The notes beneath the pieces are model-generated. The model did not search any database and was not told the origin of the DNA. It was given only the letters and a program-made list of their open reading frames with translations. Position numbers and translations under genes: made by a program. Shown here piece after piece: positions 49,259 through 61,892 of a DNA stretch of 64,000 nucleotides. Source of the stretch: Flaccisagitta enflata (lineage: Eukaryota); NCBI GenBank assembly GCA_965153355.1, contig OZ231126.1, positions 42,656,001 to 42,720,000 on the forward strand, written 5' to 3'. Each line of letters starts with the position of its first letter. Positions within the stretch are counted from its first letter, which is position 1.

Positions 49259-51147
49259 CACAGACACAACCATGCCGACTTAAATGCGCGTTTTCACATG
49301 CTCAAGCTTGAGCCTCACTGACCGACCAACAGACCAACAAATGAACTAAGCCTCTTTTAGAATCGCGATTCCACGACTAAATCATTAAAGTTAAGAGACG
49401 TGCTTTTGTCTTTTTTTCGAATTTCATACTAAGTCGTGGACCCCAATGGAAATAAGTTCTTACTTTTTTGGGCTATCCAAGATATGGCTTTTATTGTTCT
49501 CAATGATCTTGTACTGAACAAGGCCGGCCGGCCGGCCGGACAAAGCAGGGTATAGAGTCGCGTAGTCGTGTAGTAGCGTAGTCGCGATTTAAAGTATTAC
49601 TTTGATAGTTAGACCTCAGTGTACCTTGTAATGATTCAGAATGAATCTTTTTGATGTCTTCCGCAAAAATCCGCTTGGAAATCCGTCTCCGTTTAGAGAT
49701 GGGAACATCCTTATTGTCCTCCACATATCTAGACAAATTGACCAAAATGTCTGAGATTGGTTTCAATCATTTTATTTTTCCGACACTTTAGATTCCTTAA
49801 AAAAAATTTTTCGTAGATTTGAGCATGAATATACTATCTAGGCGAAAAAAATCTTTCGTCCTGCAATAAAATTGTATTTATTGGCGTAAAAATGAATACA
49901 AATCAATTAGAAATCCATAGATAATTAGTTCAAGCTCCCAAGGACTGAATCAGGGCAGCCATTTGTTTCGGAAGCGACATGTAGAGCTGTTTGAGGTACT
50001 CAGGAGTGAAGGTTTGCCAAACCTTTATTGTGATTTTTTTTTCTATTTTTTTGCTACATTAAGACACACAGCTTTCAAAAGAATCATCAAATCATCAAAA
50101 AATTGGTGACATAAATGAAGCCCTTCAAATTTTCAAGCAGCCCTTGCAAACCGCATCTGCCTAGCTCAATGCGTTCAGAAGTAATTAAAAAAAGAGTGAA
50201 AAGATAACATCAGAAGATTGTGTAGAGATGGCAAAAGTGAAACTGAAGTATTTCAGTCAAAGTTGAATAGCTCTTAAACGCATAGAGCTAGAGGGATGCG
50301 GTTTGCGTCAATCTCTTGCAAATTTGAAGAGCTTTAATTGTCTCACCAATTTTTTGATGATTTGTTGATTCTCAACTGAGATATGCATGTAAACATACCG
50401 AAAGATTTTTTTCGCCCAGGTAGTATGCCCAATTTTTCAACACGTCCACTGTTCTAAGAAGAATTTTACAGAAAATTGAAAAATATAGCTTATTATTTGC
50501 AAAATGGCGCCAAGCAGACCTAATTAAGTTGACCACAAAAAAATGAAAGGAAAGTGTGACCGACAGACCGACACAGCAAGGTGTAGTCAAGTTTCCGCGA
50601 CTAAAAAAAGCAACGACCAAAAAAAGCAATAGCGCAGAAATCAACAACATCCACAACGACAATGACAATGACATAGACAACAACAACAACAACAGAGACG
50701 CTACATCGCTTAACACATCGCTAAACACTAAAAAAAACAATCTAGCTCAGTGGATTATTCATATTTAGAGCGAGTGAGCTATAGTCTATAAATGGGCGCA
50801 AGTGACATCTGCCCAGCATTTGGCCTAGTCTTGCTGATCAAAACTTTGTAAAATTTGCAAATACTTTTGAGCTCGGGCAGACTCCATTCCGCTCTAGAGA
50901 TGCGTAGTGGTCCCTTAGATTTGAATGTTGTGTGAAATTCCGGCCGCAATTGTGACATTCATAGATGGGAGATTTTTTGACGCAGCAGCGTGACAATTGA
51001 AGATGTTCTGTTAAAGATAAGTCAAGATTATTTTCAAGTGCCCCGACGCACCTTTATGCTACTGTATGAAAGGCGCTGTCTGTTTGTCTGTCCATCTGTT
51101 TGCTCGAATAGAAAAAATCTTAAAAGAGTATGGGTCCGCGACTGGGG

Positions 51148-51490
51148 TCAAACGGCGTTGTCAAACGGCGTTGTCAAATGGCGTTGTCAAACGGCGTTGT
51201 CATACGGCGTTGTCATACGGCGTTGTCAAACGGCGTTGTCAAACGGCGTTGTCAAACGGCGTTGTCAAACGGCGTTGTCAAACGGCGTTGTCAAACGGCG
51301 TTGTCAAACAATGTTGTCAAACAATGTTGTCAAACAATGTTGTCAAACGGCGTTGTCAAACGGCGTTGTCAAATGGCGTTGTCAAGCGGCGTTGTCAAGC
51401 GGCGTTGTCCAGCGGCGTTGTCAAAAGGCGTTGTCAAACGGCGTTATCAAGCAGCGTTGTCAACGGCGGTGTCAACAGCGTTGTCAAATG
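51148..51490. repeat. 13-bp minisatellite GGCGTTGTCAAAC, about 26 copies
   Basis: Directly visible. Confidence 0.95.
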
Positions 51491-51494
51491 GCAG

Positions 51495-52290
51495 TTTTGG
51501 CCAGTTTGGCCCATTAATGCTATAATCTTTACAAATCAAATACATATGTTGAGTCCTTCCATTTAGAGACTACATACCAAGTTTTAACCAAATTGGTTGA
51601 AAAATGCCAAGGTTATGCACGTTTTTCACTTTTAGGCTGGTGGGTGGGTTGGGTGGTAGGCTGGTTTGGCCGGTTAGCATTCTAAAATCTTTACAATTCA
51701 AATACATATGTTGAGTTCTTCCATTTAGGGACTACATACCAAATTTTAACCAAATCGGTAAAAAATGCCGAAGTTATGCACGTTTTTCACTATTAGGCTG
51801 GTAGGCTGGTTGGGTGGTAGGCCGGTTTGGCCGGTTAGCATGCTAAAATCTTTACAAATCAAATGCATATGTTGAGTCCTTCCATTTAAACACTACATAC
51901 CAAGTTTTAACCAAATCGTTTGAAAATGCCAAAGTTATGCACGTTTTTCACTTTAGGCTGTTTGGGTGGTAGGCGGTTTGGCTTCGCATGCTAAAATCTT
52001 CGAATAGAATACATATGTTGAGTCCTTCCATTTAGAGACTCATGCAAGTTTCAACCAAATTGGTTGAAAATGCCAAAGTTATACACGTTTTCACTTTAGG
52101 CTAGTAGGCTGGTTGGGTGGTAGGCCTGTTTGGCCGGTTAGCATGCTAAAATCTTTACAATTCAAATACATATGTTCAGTTTTTCCATTTAGGGACTACA
52201 TACCAAATTTTAACCAAATCGGTAGAAAAATGCCGAAGTTATGCACGTTTTTCACTTTTAGGCTGGCAGGCTGGTTGGGCCGGTTGGGTG
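51495..52290. repeat. ~155-bp tandem repeat, about 5 copies
   Basis: AAATACATATGTTGAGTCCTTCCATTTAG recurs near 51538, 51700, 51861, 52008 and 52164. Confidence 0.9.
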
Positions 52291-52703
52291 GGTCGGATCA
52301 TAACATACGCATAGGCTGCAAAGGCTTACCCTAATGAAAAAAGTCAATTGCATCACTTTTGAAACGTGAGGAGAAATAAAGTTTTCATTTTCGGTTTGGG
52401 GCAATTTAGAAAGTTGTGCAGTTTTGGGCTGATGATACATTTAGATACTCACAGCTAGAAGAGCTTATTTTCTCTTTCAAATGGCGCCAACCAAGTCTCG
52501 ATCAATAGTTTAGAAGTTATGAATTTTTGAATCTTTTTTCATTTTTTCGCATTTTCGCGAAAATCGATATTTTTCATTGATCCCATTTTTTTGGTCTTAT
52601 GTAACAACAGGGAGGAGTAAACATGTTACGCAAATTGACCCTGACTTTTATGACGCTAGCATTGATATTTTATTCTGCTTGAGAGAGAGAAGAGAGAGAG
52701 AGG

Positions 52704-52871
<168 letters not shown>

Positions 52872-53263
52872 AGACAAAAAAGATCGAAAGGAAAAAACAC
52901 ACAGATTGAATAACAAAAACAGACAATCAACCAGACATCATGAAATGCACACACAGAAGAACAAGCACTGAAAAAAGAGACTTCCATTTACGACTTTTTT
53001 TCCGGTCGGCGATTAGCCGCCTTTATTGGTACAACTTCCCTCCAAATATGAAGCAAATCGGTCAAGGCCTTCAAAAGTTAGCCCATTTTTAAAAGTGTGG
53101 ACGACGACAACGACGACGACAACAACAACGACACCCACCCGCCTCGAATTATAGTCCGCGCCGGAATGGTATTCCGTCGCGGACAAAAAGCAAAAATAAC
53201 CCAGAATCCTGGAAAAATTTAATCGCTGTGTGTGTCTCTGCGCGTGCGTGTCTCTGTTCGTGC

Positions 53264-53336
<73 letters not shown>

Positions 53337-53363
53337 AATTTACCTACGTGCTCTCCTCTCTTT

Positions 53364-53472
<109 letters not shown>

Positions 53473-53486
53473 TTCTTTTTTTTTCG

Positions 53487-53665
53487 TTAGTCGCGTGCTG
53501 CGCGATTCTACACCCTGCTTTGTCGGTCCGTCCGTCCGCTACACTCTACTCTTTTTGGGTTTTTGCGGTTTTTGGCCTCACTGCTCCTGCCCAAGTGATC
53601 TGGTGACATCAATTACGGCTCCTGCCCACCCGCACGCGACTGGGGTAGCCGTCTATCGGGCCTTT
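53487..53665 (+). mobile_element. HINE-like element, AGTCGCG subfamily
   Basis: TTAGTCGCGTGC..GTCC microsatellite..GCACGCGACT..GCCG stem-loop. Confidence 0.75.
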
Positions 53666-54666
53666 TTTTTTTATCTCTCTACCTTTTTAGTTTTTGACTA
53701 AAGATATTTACCGTTGTAGTTTTTGACATCTGTATAATCGCGTCGGCACTTTCACAAACAACTCGTATCTTGCAAGCTTTCTGTTTATGCTCGGCGAGGA
53801 TTGGGTCTGAATTTAAAAATTTACTACAGGTGCGGCAATGAAAAAATAAACATGTTTAGCGCCAGAAAAAAAGAGCGACGATTAACTTCGTCGTCCACTC
53901 ATTATCTTCGGTAAGAACGAATCGTAGACTTCAGTTTAAACACCGAAAACCGTTCAGGCGAGAGAATTTCCATTCTAATACGTCATGTGGCGAGCGTGCC
54001 AGACCAGTCACTGTCATGACCAAGCATTTTTCTTGACCTATGAAAGCCTCCCCCATAGCGTGTGAGATAGGAATTTGTGGGCAATTGCTGGGCCCAAGTT
54101 CACCGACCGCATTGTAATAGTGGAGTTTGGAGTGTAATGTTAACCCATCCAATATCCAGACCTCTTGATTATGATTTTCTTCCGGGCAGCAGGATTTGTA
54201 CTCTCAGATCTTCCGACAGACCATCTTGACTAACACCAAACAAAAAGTTACCATAAAACGGGGTTTTAGCTATCAAAAACACATTCCAATTCATCCTTAA
54301 TTCTCCTTAAATGGATTTAATGGTTGCTACATAATTACATGTTGCTCTGTCAGTCTGTCCATCAGTCAGTCCATCCATTTGTCATGTTATCAAATTTTTT
54401 ACTATTTTGGGTATTTCAAGGTAAAATTGGCTGTTTCTAAAGTAAGATTTGTTATCAATATCACTTGGTCAGTTGGTTGGAAGGAAGAAATGAAGAAAGG
54501 AAGGAAGGAAGGAAGGAAGGAAAGAAGGAAGGAAGGAAGGAAAGAAAGAAGGATGGAGGAAATGAAGGAGGGGATGAAGCAAATGAGATTACGAGGAAGG
54601 AAAGAAGGGAGGAAGGAGTTTGCATGTATGTAGTTGCAGTTGCAGTTGCAGTTGCAGTTGGCCTGT

Positions 54667-55284
54667 CACAGTGGGCCTTAATTGGATATGAGTTCAAAAA
54701 AATCCCCGATGGTAGTGACTTGTGTAAGTAGGTATAATTTTTAGTGGAGAATTAATGTTTACCTTTAAAAAAAAATTTCCCTTGAAAATTTTTACAAAAA
54801 TGTCAAAAATTTTTTAAATTTTTCAAATATTTGATATAAAACTTTAGCATTTATGTGTTTTAAATTTCTGATTCAAGATTAATATTCCTGATAAAATTTC
54901 CAATCATTAGATAGGTCGCATTATATAGGTTATTCAAAAGATGATATTTTCATTTTTTCTGCCACCGTTAGTAATAAAGTAACGGTGGCCTAAAACATGA
55001 AAGTCTCATTTTTTCATGAAACTATATGGTGTGACCTATCAAATGATTGGAAATTTTACCAGGAATATGAATCTTAAATCAGAATTTCAAAAAAGAAATA
55101 TCCTTCAGATCTATATGTAAATACAAGGCAAAATTGACACTTTTTTATGAATTTTACAAAAATTTTCAAGGGAAATTTTTTCTTAAGGGTCAACATCGAT
55201 TTTCCACTATAAGTTGTACTTACTTATACAAGACGCTATTATAGGGGATTTTTTTGAACTCATATCCAATTAAGGCCCACTGTG
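54667..55284. mobile_element. Foldback DNA transposon with CACAGTG termini and 3-bp TSD (Chapaev3/CMC-like)
   Basis: About 40-bp perfect TIR CACAGTGGGCCTTAATTGGATATGAGTTCAAAAAAATCCCC; TGT on both sides; arms stay inverted toward the centre. Confidence 0.8.
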
Positions 55285-55449
55285 TGTCAAGCATGTTTCT
55301 TTTTGTCAAAATGCGATTTAAAAAGTTTCCATTCCATGATTTCAAAAAAAGAAACACCCTCTTTTTTTTTCTCTTTGTAGTCTCTTTGTAATCTTTTTCC
55401 TAATCTTCTTTTTCTCTCAATTTGACCTTTTTCCCTTTTCCTTTTTTTT

Positions 55450-56240
55450 GGGCAGCGGCCCCAAAGGGGACAAAGTCCTGTAGAACACAGGGGGAATCTG
55501 TCCGTCCGTACGTACGTCCCGCCCCTCCCGCCCCACCCTCTGGGCTTTGTCTCTTTTGGGGCTCAAATCCAAACTGTATGGCCCAAATCCAAGCAAAATG
55601 GCCCAAATCCAGCCAAAATGGGCCAAATCCTGGCAAAATGGCCCCAAGACAGGGTAAAATTGGCCAAAATTGGCTAGAAAGCCTGAATTCTGGCCTGAGT
55701 TCTTTCATTTTGGCCCCTTACACTTAGATTCTGGCTTCCAAAACCCACATCCAAGCCTTTGAGACCCAGATCCTGACCTTTGGGACCCAGATTCTGACCT
55801 CCCAGACCTAGGTTCTGGCCTCAGAGACCTAAATCCTAGCCTCAGAGTCCCAAATCCTGGCCTCAGAGACTGAAATCCTTGCCTCGGAGACCAAGAAATT
55901 GGTCTCTGAGACCCAGATTCTGGCCTCAGAGACTCAGATCCTGGCCTGCTCCTCCCTCAACTTAACCTACAAACTATACAATGAGGGCAAGGGTACCATT
56001 GTCCATATACTGCCTTTTGTCATATCTCCATGGTATTCAGTGAAATTTGAATAACAGGGCATCCTGGACAGAAGGTAGGCAAACAGAAGGACGGACGGAC
56101 GAACGGACAGATTCCCCCTGTGTTTTACAGGACTTCGTTCCCTTTGGGGCCGCTGCCCTGCTCCCTCTCAACCTTAATCGCTTTCTACTCAAGCAGGGCA
56201 CGGGTACCGCTGACCACTTACTGCCTTTGGGCTGCTATTT
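55450..56240 (+). mobile_element. Variant of the GGGCAGCGGCCCC family
   Basis: Inverted repeats GGGCAGCGGCCCCAAAGGG..GTCCTGTAGAACACAGGGGGAATCTGTCCG; same GGGCACGGGTACCGCTGACC tail; internal GACCCAGATCCTGGCCTC repeats also seen at ~26830-26910. Confidence 0.8.
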
Positions 56241-56694
56241 CTTTTTCCTTCTCCTTTCCTTTTCTTTTTTTTTTTTTGATTTTCTCTTCTTCTTCTTTTT
56301 TTTCTTCCTTCTTTTCCTTTTCTCCATTTCCTTCTTTCTTCTTTTCCTTTCCTCCTTTTCCTGCCAAAACCCTCCGACATACCCCCTTCCCTTCCGAGCA
56401 GCGGCGCTGCACGCTGCAACATAATCAAGAGGTCTGCCGATATCCGTTGACCCCCACTCCCAAGTTAAGTCGGCAGCGTTCGGGGGAAAATTTTTGCTTG
56501 ACGGCAGAAAAGAACAATCAAGAGGACTGGTTAGAACCAGCCCAACAGGCCAACAGTTGCTTGCTTCGTTTTACAGTAACACACACAACTGCATGCATAC
56601 ATAATCCATATTCTCCTTCATTTCGTCCTTCCTTCCTCCCTCCCTCCCTTCCAGGAACTAACTCCCAAAATCTTCCGAATGGCCTTGCTGACTA

Positions 56695-57025
56695 CAGTTA
56701 AACCCCGCTCCAACAAATTACAATGGACAAACAAGTTTTATCTATATTAGATGGAATTTTATCAGTGCCAACAAAGGAAATAAAAGAAAATTAGTGGAAA
56801 AGATCATGGATTCTCATCTGTTATAGGCGGAATTCCGTTACTGATGGGTTCAACTGTATCTAGTATCTACCTACAGTATTTCCTCTGATTAGCACCATTT
56901 TAATAAAAGAAAACTAGTTGAAGGGACCATGGATTCTCATCTGTTATAGGCGGAATTCCGTTGCTGATGGGTTCAACTGTATCTAGTATCTACCTGCAGT
57001 ATTTCCCCCGATTAGCACCATTTTA
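56695..57025. mobile_element. Pogo/Tigger-like TA MITE with a ~120-bp tandem duplication spanning its right end
   Basis: TACAGTTAAACCC / GGGTTCAACTGTA; block CATGGATTCTCATCTG..GATTAGCACCATTTT present twice. Confidence 0.6.
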
Positions 57026-57190
57026 GTCCCCTAATTAGCGCCTCCTCAAGCACGATTTATTGCACTTTTTTCAAGCACTATTTATTGCACTTTTTTTCCA
57101 AACAATTTAAAAAATTAAAGAGTAAGTGAAGAGAGAAAGATTAGAAAATACACAAATCAACTTCAAACTTTAATCTTTTTAGTTTCTTTA

Positions 57191-57792
57191 CAGTGGGGTT
57201 CGTGGAATAACAGCCTTAACTGGAGGAAGGTATTTAAGTGTCTTGATTTTATTTGACAAACTTGATATCTGAAATATAAGTTGTTCACTTGATGCTTTTG
57301 TCCCTGAGTTTTTTGGTTGCTATGGAAACCAAAATTATTTTTTCAAACATTTATAACCACCAAAATATCAATATTTTGAGAAATATTGTCAGGGAACATT
57401 GCTCAAAATTAAATTTGCTACAACTTTCCCACAGTATGTTCTGTAAGAATATTGCTCCTTTGGCCGTTGCTAGGGGGCATCACACCTAGCAACCGCTAAA
57501 TGATGCTCCCTAGCAACCGCTAAGCGAGCAACATTCTTACAGGACATACTGTGGGAAAGTTGTAGAAAATTTAATTTTGAGCAATGTTCCCTGATAATAT
57601 TTGTCAAAATATTGATATTCTAGTTGTTATAAATGTTCAAAAAAATAATTTTGGTTTCCATAGCAACCAAAAAACTCAGGGACAAAAGCATTAAGTGAAC
57701 AACTTATATTTCAAATATCAAGTTTGTCAAATGAAATTAAGACACTTAAATACCTCCCTCCAGTTTAGGCTGTTATTCCACAAACCCCACTG
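57191..57792. mobile_element. Tc1/mariner-type foldback MITE (near-perfect 600-bp palindrome)
   Basis: TA flanks; CAGTGGGGTT ends; ~285-bp inverted arms. Confidence 0.9.
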
Positions 57793-58002
57793 TATTCCAT
57801 TTCTTTACAAAGAAATGGTTATAGATTAAAAAGATTTTCAACAAGTGAAAACTTGTAAGGAAAATATACAAACTATCATTTCATAAAACATTGTATGTCT
57901 TTTTTCATCTCAATTTTCAATTTTTTCTTCTTATTCTTGAATTCTTCACCTTTTAATAATTGATTATCTCTTTTTCAGTATTTTGGTCCAAAAAAAGTAC
58001 AG

Positions 58003-58083
<81 letters not shown>

Positions 58084-58094
58084 TCTCTCTTTTT

Positions 58095-58291
58095 CTCTCT
58101 TTTTTTCCCACTTTTTCTTTCTTTTTGCCTTCTTTTTTCCTATTTTTTTTTCCTTACTGGCCTCTGGTACCTTCCAAACGGCCACTAACTTTTCCGAGCA
58201 GCGGCGCTGCGCGCTGCTAAACAATCAGCGTCTCTGGTTGTTGTTGTTTTTGTTGTTGTTGTTGTTGTTTTTGCTGATGTTGTTGATGATC

Positions 58292-58323
<32 letters not shown>

Positions 58324-58333
58324 GGTAATGATC

Positions 58334-58404
<71 letters not shown>

Positions 58405-58748
58405 GAAGTCCAAACCCAGTCATCCCTCCGTAACGATTGAGTCTTTTTTTCCCACTTTTTCTTTCTTTTTCCCTTCTTTTTTCCTATTTTTTTTCCTTCC
58501 TGGCCTCTGGAACCTTCCGAACGGCCACTAACTTTTCTGAGCAGCGGCGCTGCGCGCTGCTACACAATCAGCGCCTCTGGTTGTTGTTGTTTTTGTTGTT
58601 GTTTTTGCTGATGTTGTTGATGATCTTGTTGATGATCTTGTTGTTGTTGTTGTTGTTGTTGTTGTCGTTGTCGTTGTTGTTGTTGTTGTTGCTGTTGGTA
58701 ATGATCTTGTTGTTGTTGTTGTTGTTGTTGCTGTTGGTAATGATCTCG

Positions 58749-58780
<32 letters not shown>

Positions 58781-58818
58781 GAAGTCCAAACCCAGTCATC
58801 CCTCCGTAACGATTGAGT
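58095..58818. repeat. Tandem duplication (2 x ~360 bp) containing (TTG)n tracts
   Basis: TGGCCTCTGG..GAGCAGCGGCGCTGC..(TTG)n..GAAGTCCAAACCCAGTCATCCCTCCGTAACGATTGAGTC occurs twice. Confidence 0.9.
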
Positions 58819-59610
58819 CAAAAAGTGTGAAAACGCACTTTTAAGATGCACGATTAAGATGCTGAAGCTGTGAATGTGTGCAGTGTGTGTAGAGGAGGGG
58901 GGTTATTCGCTCCTGCCCACCCGTCCGCGACCACAGTGTAACCCCGGGCTACTTGTTGCGCTAGACATGGGATAGTGATTTTATGTGAAATGTGAAGAAA
59001 GTTGCGGTTTAAAGTAGAATTTTGACAAATTTGATGATTTCCAGTTCTGACCTTCGCATATCAATGTTTCTTCCATCACAATGAGGGTGTGAACAGCAAT
59101 GACGAGTACGATGATTGCTTCGCCTGACCTCGCTGAATTGTTCTTGTGCGACCCCTTCAAAATGTACCTCTTACCACTGGTAAGTGTAAATGATTGAACA
59201 GAAAGAATGATAGGACTTTCAATGTTATTCGTTAGAGGCGGAATTTCGAAAGAAGTGTGTTCGTATGATATTCTTCTGTATTCACTGTTTATAGTTATTT
59301 TCAAGTGCAAATCCACAAAAAATTTCATAAAACTAGCCGGACCGCCGGTAGAGATTAATGCATGTGTATTTTAACAGTTATAACACATTTTTTACAGTTT
59401 TTGAGTTTCTGAAAGTGGCACAAACAAAAATCAGTTAAAAAACTAGTTTTTAGACGCGTGCACAAGATTCTATGACCCAATCTGTCTGTCAGTCTGTCCG
59501 TCGATCTGTCTGTCTGTCAGTCCCTAACGCTTAGCTTAAGTCATTTTCAGTTATTTTATGTAATTTTAAGTCAATTTTTGGTCTTTTGGTCTTTTAGTCT
59601 TTTAGTCTTA

Positions 59611-60135
59611 ACAGGGTGTGCAAAATTATCCGGAAGAAGATATGAAAAAGTACCCTTCTTAGCATTCAGAACCAAAATTCTCACAGAAAAAAAAGTCAGC
59701 AATAAAACTTATCAAGTAAATTTGACTCCGATTAAACCCTCATTAAAAATATTCATTAAAAAAACTGAAATTCTGTAGTTTTTCTTGCCTTTTAATTTAT
59801 TTGCTTTCATGAACTCCATTGATGCTGATTTAACTTACCTCCCTCAGCATAGTCTGTGTCAAGCTAAGAAAGTCTCTCTGAAGTAGTTACATATACAAAA
59901 ATCTATGATTTTGTAACTTATTTTGCTACTAGAATAAAATCCTGTTAAAATCAAAATCTTTGCTTCAAATCATTTAACTCACACAGTGACAAGGGATTTA
60001 GAAACGACCTACAATCAATTTCAGCTTCTAGTATAACTAGCTGGGGTACTCTGGGTCAGATTTCATAGTGCTGAGTCAATTCTAGGTATGGTTTTCTTTT
60101 TATTGATTAAGTCCAGATAATTTTGCACACCCTGT
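59611..60135. mobile_element. TA-flanked Tc1/mariner-type MITE nested in a HINE remnant
   Basis: Perfect TIR ACAGGGTGTGCAAAATTATC. Confidence 0.8.
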
Positions 60136-60767
60136 TATTGTCTTAACAACTGCACACGACTGTTAGGTTTGGGTGCTTCACATAGCAAAAGTTGCTTATT
60201 TCTTTTCATCCTCTTTACCTAATGTGGAGTGGGCAATTTTAGGACCCTTACCATTTTTCTTTTATCAAAAATTGTTCATCTTCCGTTTTTTAGAAAATTG
60301 TTTTTGAGAGCCTAATTTGTATATTGCAGCAGGATAAAAAAGTATGCTGATCTTCTCTGAATTAGCTTTTATAAACTTCTGCTGTTTAGAGAATTGTTAA
60401 CCTGCTTTTTCACAAGCTCTTACGTAACTTATGCTCTGATATTTTGATTCATTTTCACAAAAATCATGGTTTTCTAAAACTAACAATTGTTCCTTTTGTA
60501 ACAAGACTACACAGGATTTTGCTGAATTCTGGGAAATCGGAGTATACTTTAAGGCCAAACGGAAGATGAAGGAATTTTGAGAAAAGGAAAACGGTCATCT
60601 TTATGATTTTTTTCACTCCATATTGGGTTAGTGGGACGAGAAGAAAATCATTTTTTTTTGCTATGCGAAGCACGCAACTGTTAGGTGTTGGCCTTGTTTT
60701 AGCTCTTCTCTGTAAATTATCCCTTCAAACTTATTGTACAGTGTGAAAGCATTGTGAAGCAATGTAG

Positions 60768-61367
60768 TTTTTAGGTGCGACAAAGAACCTCTATAACTGG
60801 CTCTGTCCGTCGGTCTGTCTGTCGGTCGGTCTGTAACGCATTCGTTCGACGATCAACACGTCGCACAGCGCAATCTGTAGTACAAAAAAGTGACATTAAT
60901 GCCCCGGGCAAAAGCCCTAATGTCCGCGGTAAAAAAAAGGTAGATTTTGAATATGCCCGGTTCTATGCCCCGTTAAAAGTTAGTGAAAAAAATGATTCAG
61001 GGACTTAACAGGGCATATGCCCCATTTAGTTTAGTTTTGTTCAATCAAAAATGCTTCGTCAAAAATCAGTAAACCCTTTTTTCGGTGGCTTTCTTCAGGT
61101 CGATTTCTATCGTGAAAATCTTCAGGGACTAAATGGGGACTTAACGGGGCATATGCCCCATTTAATTAAGAAATGAAGAAAATAAGTTAGTCTAATTGGG
61201 GGATTTCCCGGGGAATTCCCCCAGGATCAAACTCTCATATTTTTAGATTATGCCCGGTTCACTTATGAATAATTGTAAAGGGGGAATTCCCAGAGAATTC
61301 CCCGGGGCATTAATGTCACTACAGATTGCGCTGTGCGTCGCACCTTATTGGCCTACTTGGCCTTGTT
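60768..61367 (+). mobile_element. HINE-like element (AGGTGCG subfamily), host of the Transib-like insertion
   Basis: TTTTTAGGTGCGAC, GTCY microsatellite, 3' subTIR GTCGCACCT, stem-loop GGCC-TACTT-GGCC, TTGTT end. Confidence 0.75.
60864..61335. mobile_element. Non-autonomous Transib/RAG-like DNA transposon (472 bp)
   Basis: CACAGCGCAATCTGTAGT at both ends (inverted); 5-bp TSD CGTCG at 60859-60863 and 61336-61340. Confidence 0.8.
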
Positions 61368-61371
61368 GATT

Positions 61372-61551
61372 AAACAAGGCCGGATACACGGCTACCGAAG
61401 TCGCGTGCGGGTGGGCAGGGGCCATACTTGAGGTCACCAGACCACTTGGGCAGGAACACTGAGGTTCAAAAATCAATATCATAAAAAAGTGTGACCGACC
61501 GACGGACGGACAAAGCGAGTTGTAGAGTCGCGTGCACGTGACTAAAAAAAA
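61372..61551 (-). mobile_element. HINE-like element, AGTCGCG subfamily
   Basis: AAACAAGGCCGGATACACGGC..AGTCGCGTGC..AGTCGCGTGCACGTGACTAAAA. Confidence 0.8.
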
Positions 61552-61892
61552 TCACAGATGCTTTATTTCTGCTATATTTATGCTTTAGATTCTGTTTTTC
61601 TTCATAGATTTTTGAATCTTAGCCCCTTTTTGAAGCTAATGCATTAAAAAAAAACAGTCCACTAGGTCAGGAGTTTTAACAATTTTTTGCGACCAGGAGT
61701 TTGTCTTGGACATCGTGTCTCTTTCTTGCTCTTCTTCTTTCTCCCTTCCACTCTCTCTTTCTGTTTTAAGTCACGAGCTAGGCCTAGATCAGATGTTGAA
61801 TAGCGAAATTTGTCAGATGCCCGAATGAAGATCTATTATGTAAAAGAAAATCTGAGAAACTAACGCTGTCCCAATCTTGTTCCTTCAATCTA

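Noticed and set aside
49500-49766. Minus-strand 88-aa ORF as an exon
   Set aside because: No recognisable motif, overlaps repeat sequence, and the opposite strand is also open; unsupported without RNA data.
50990-51566. Repetitive ORFs (KRRCQTALSNGVV)
   Set aside because: Product of the 13-bp minisatellite.
58981-59328. Minus-strand 115-aa ORF
   Set aside because: No recognisable domain; splice signals favour the plus strand if anything.
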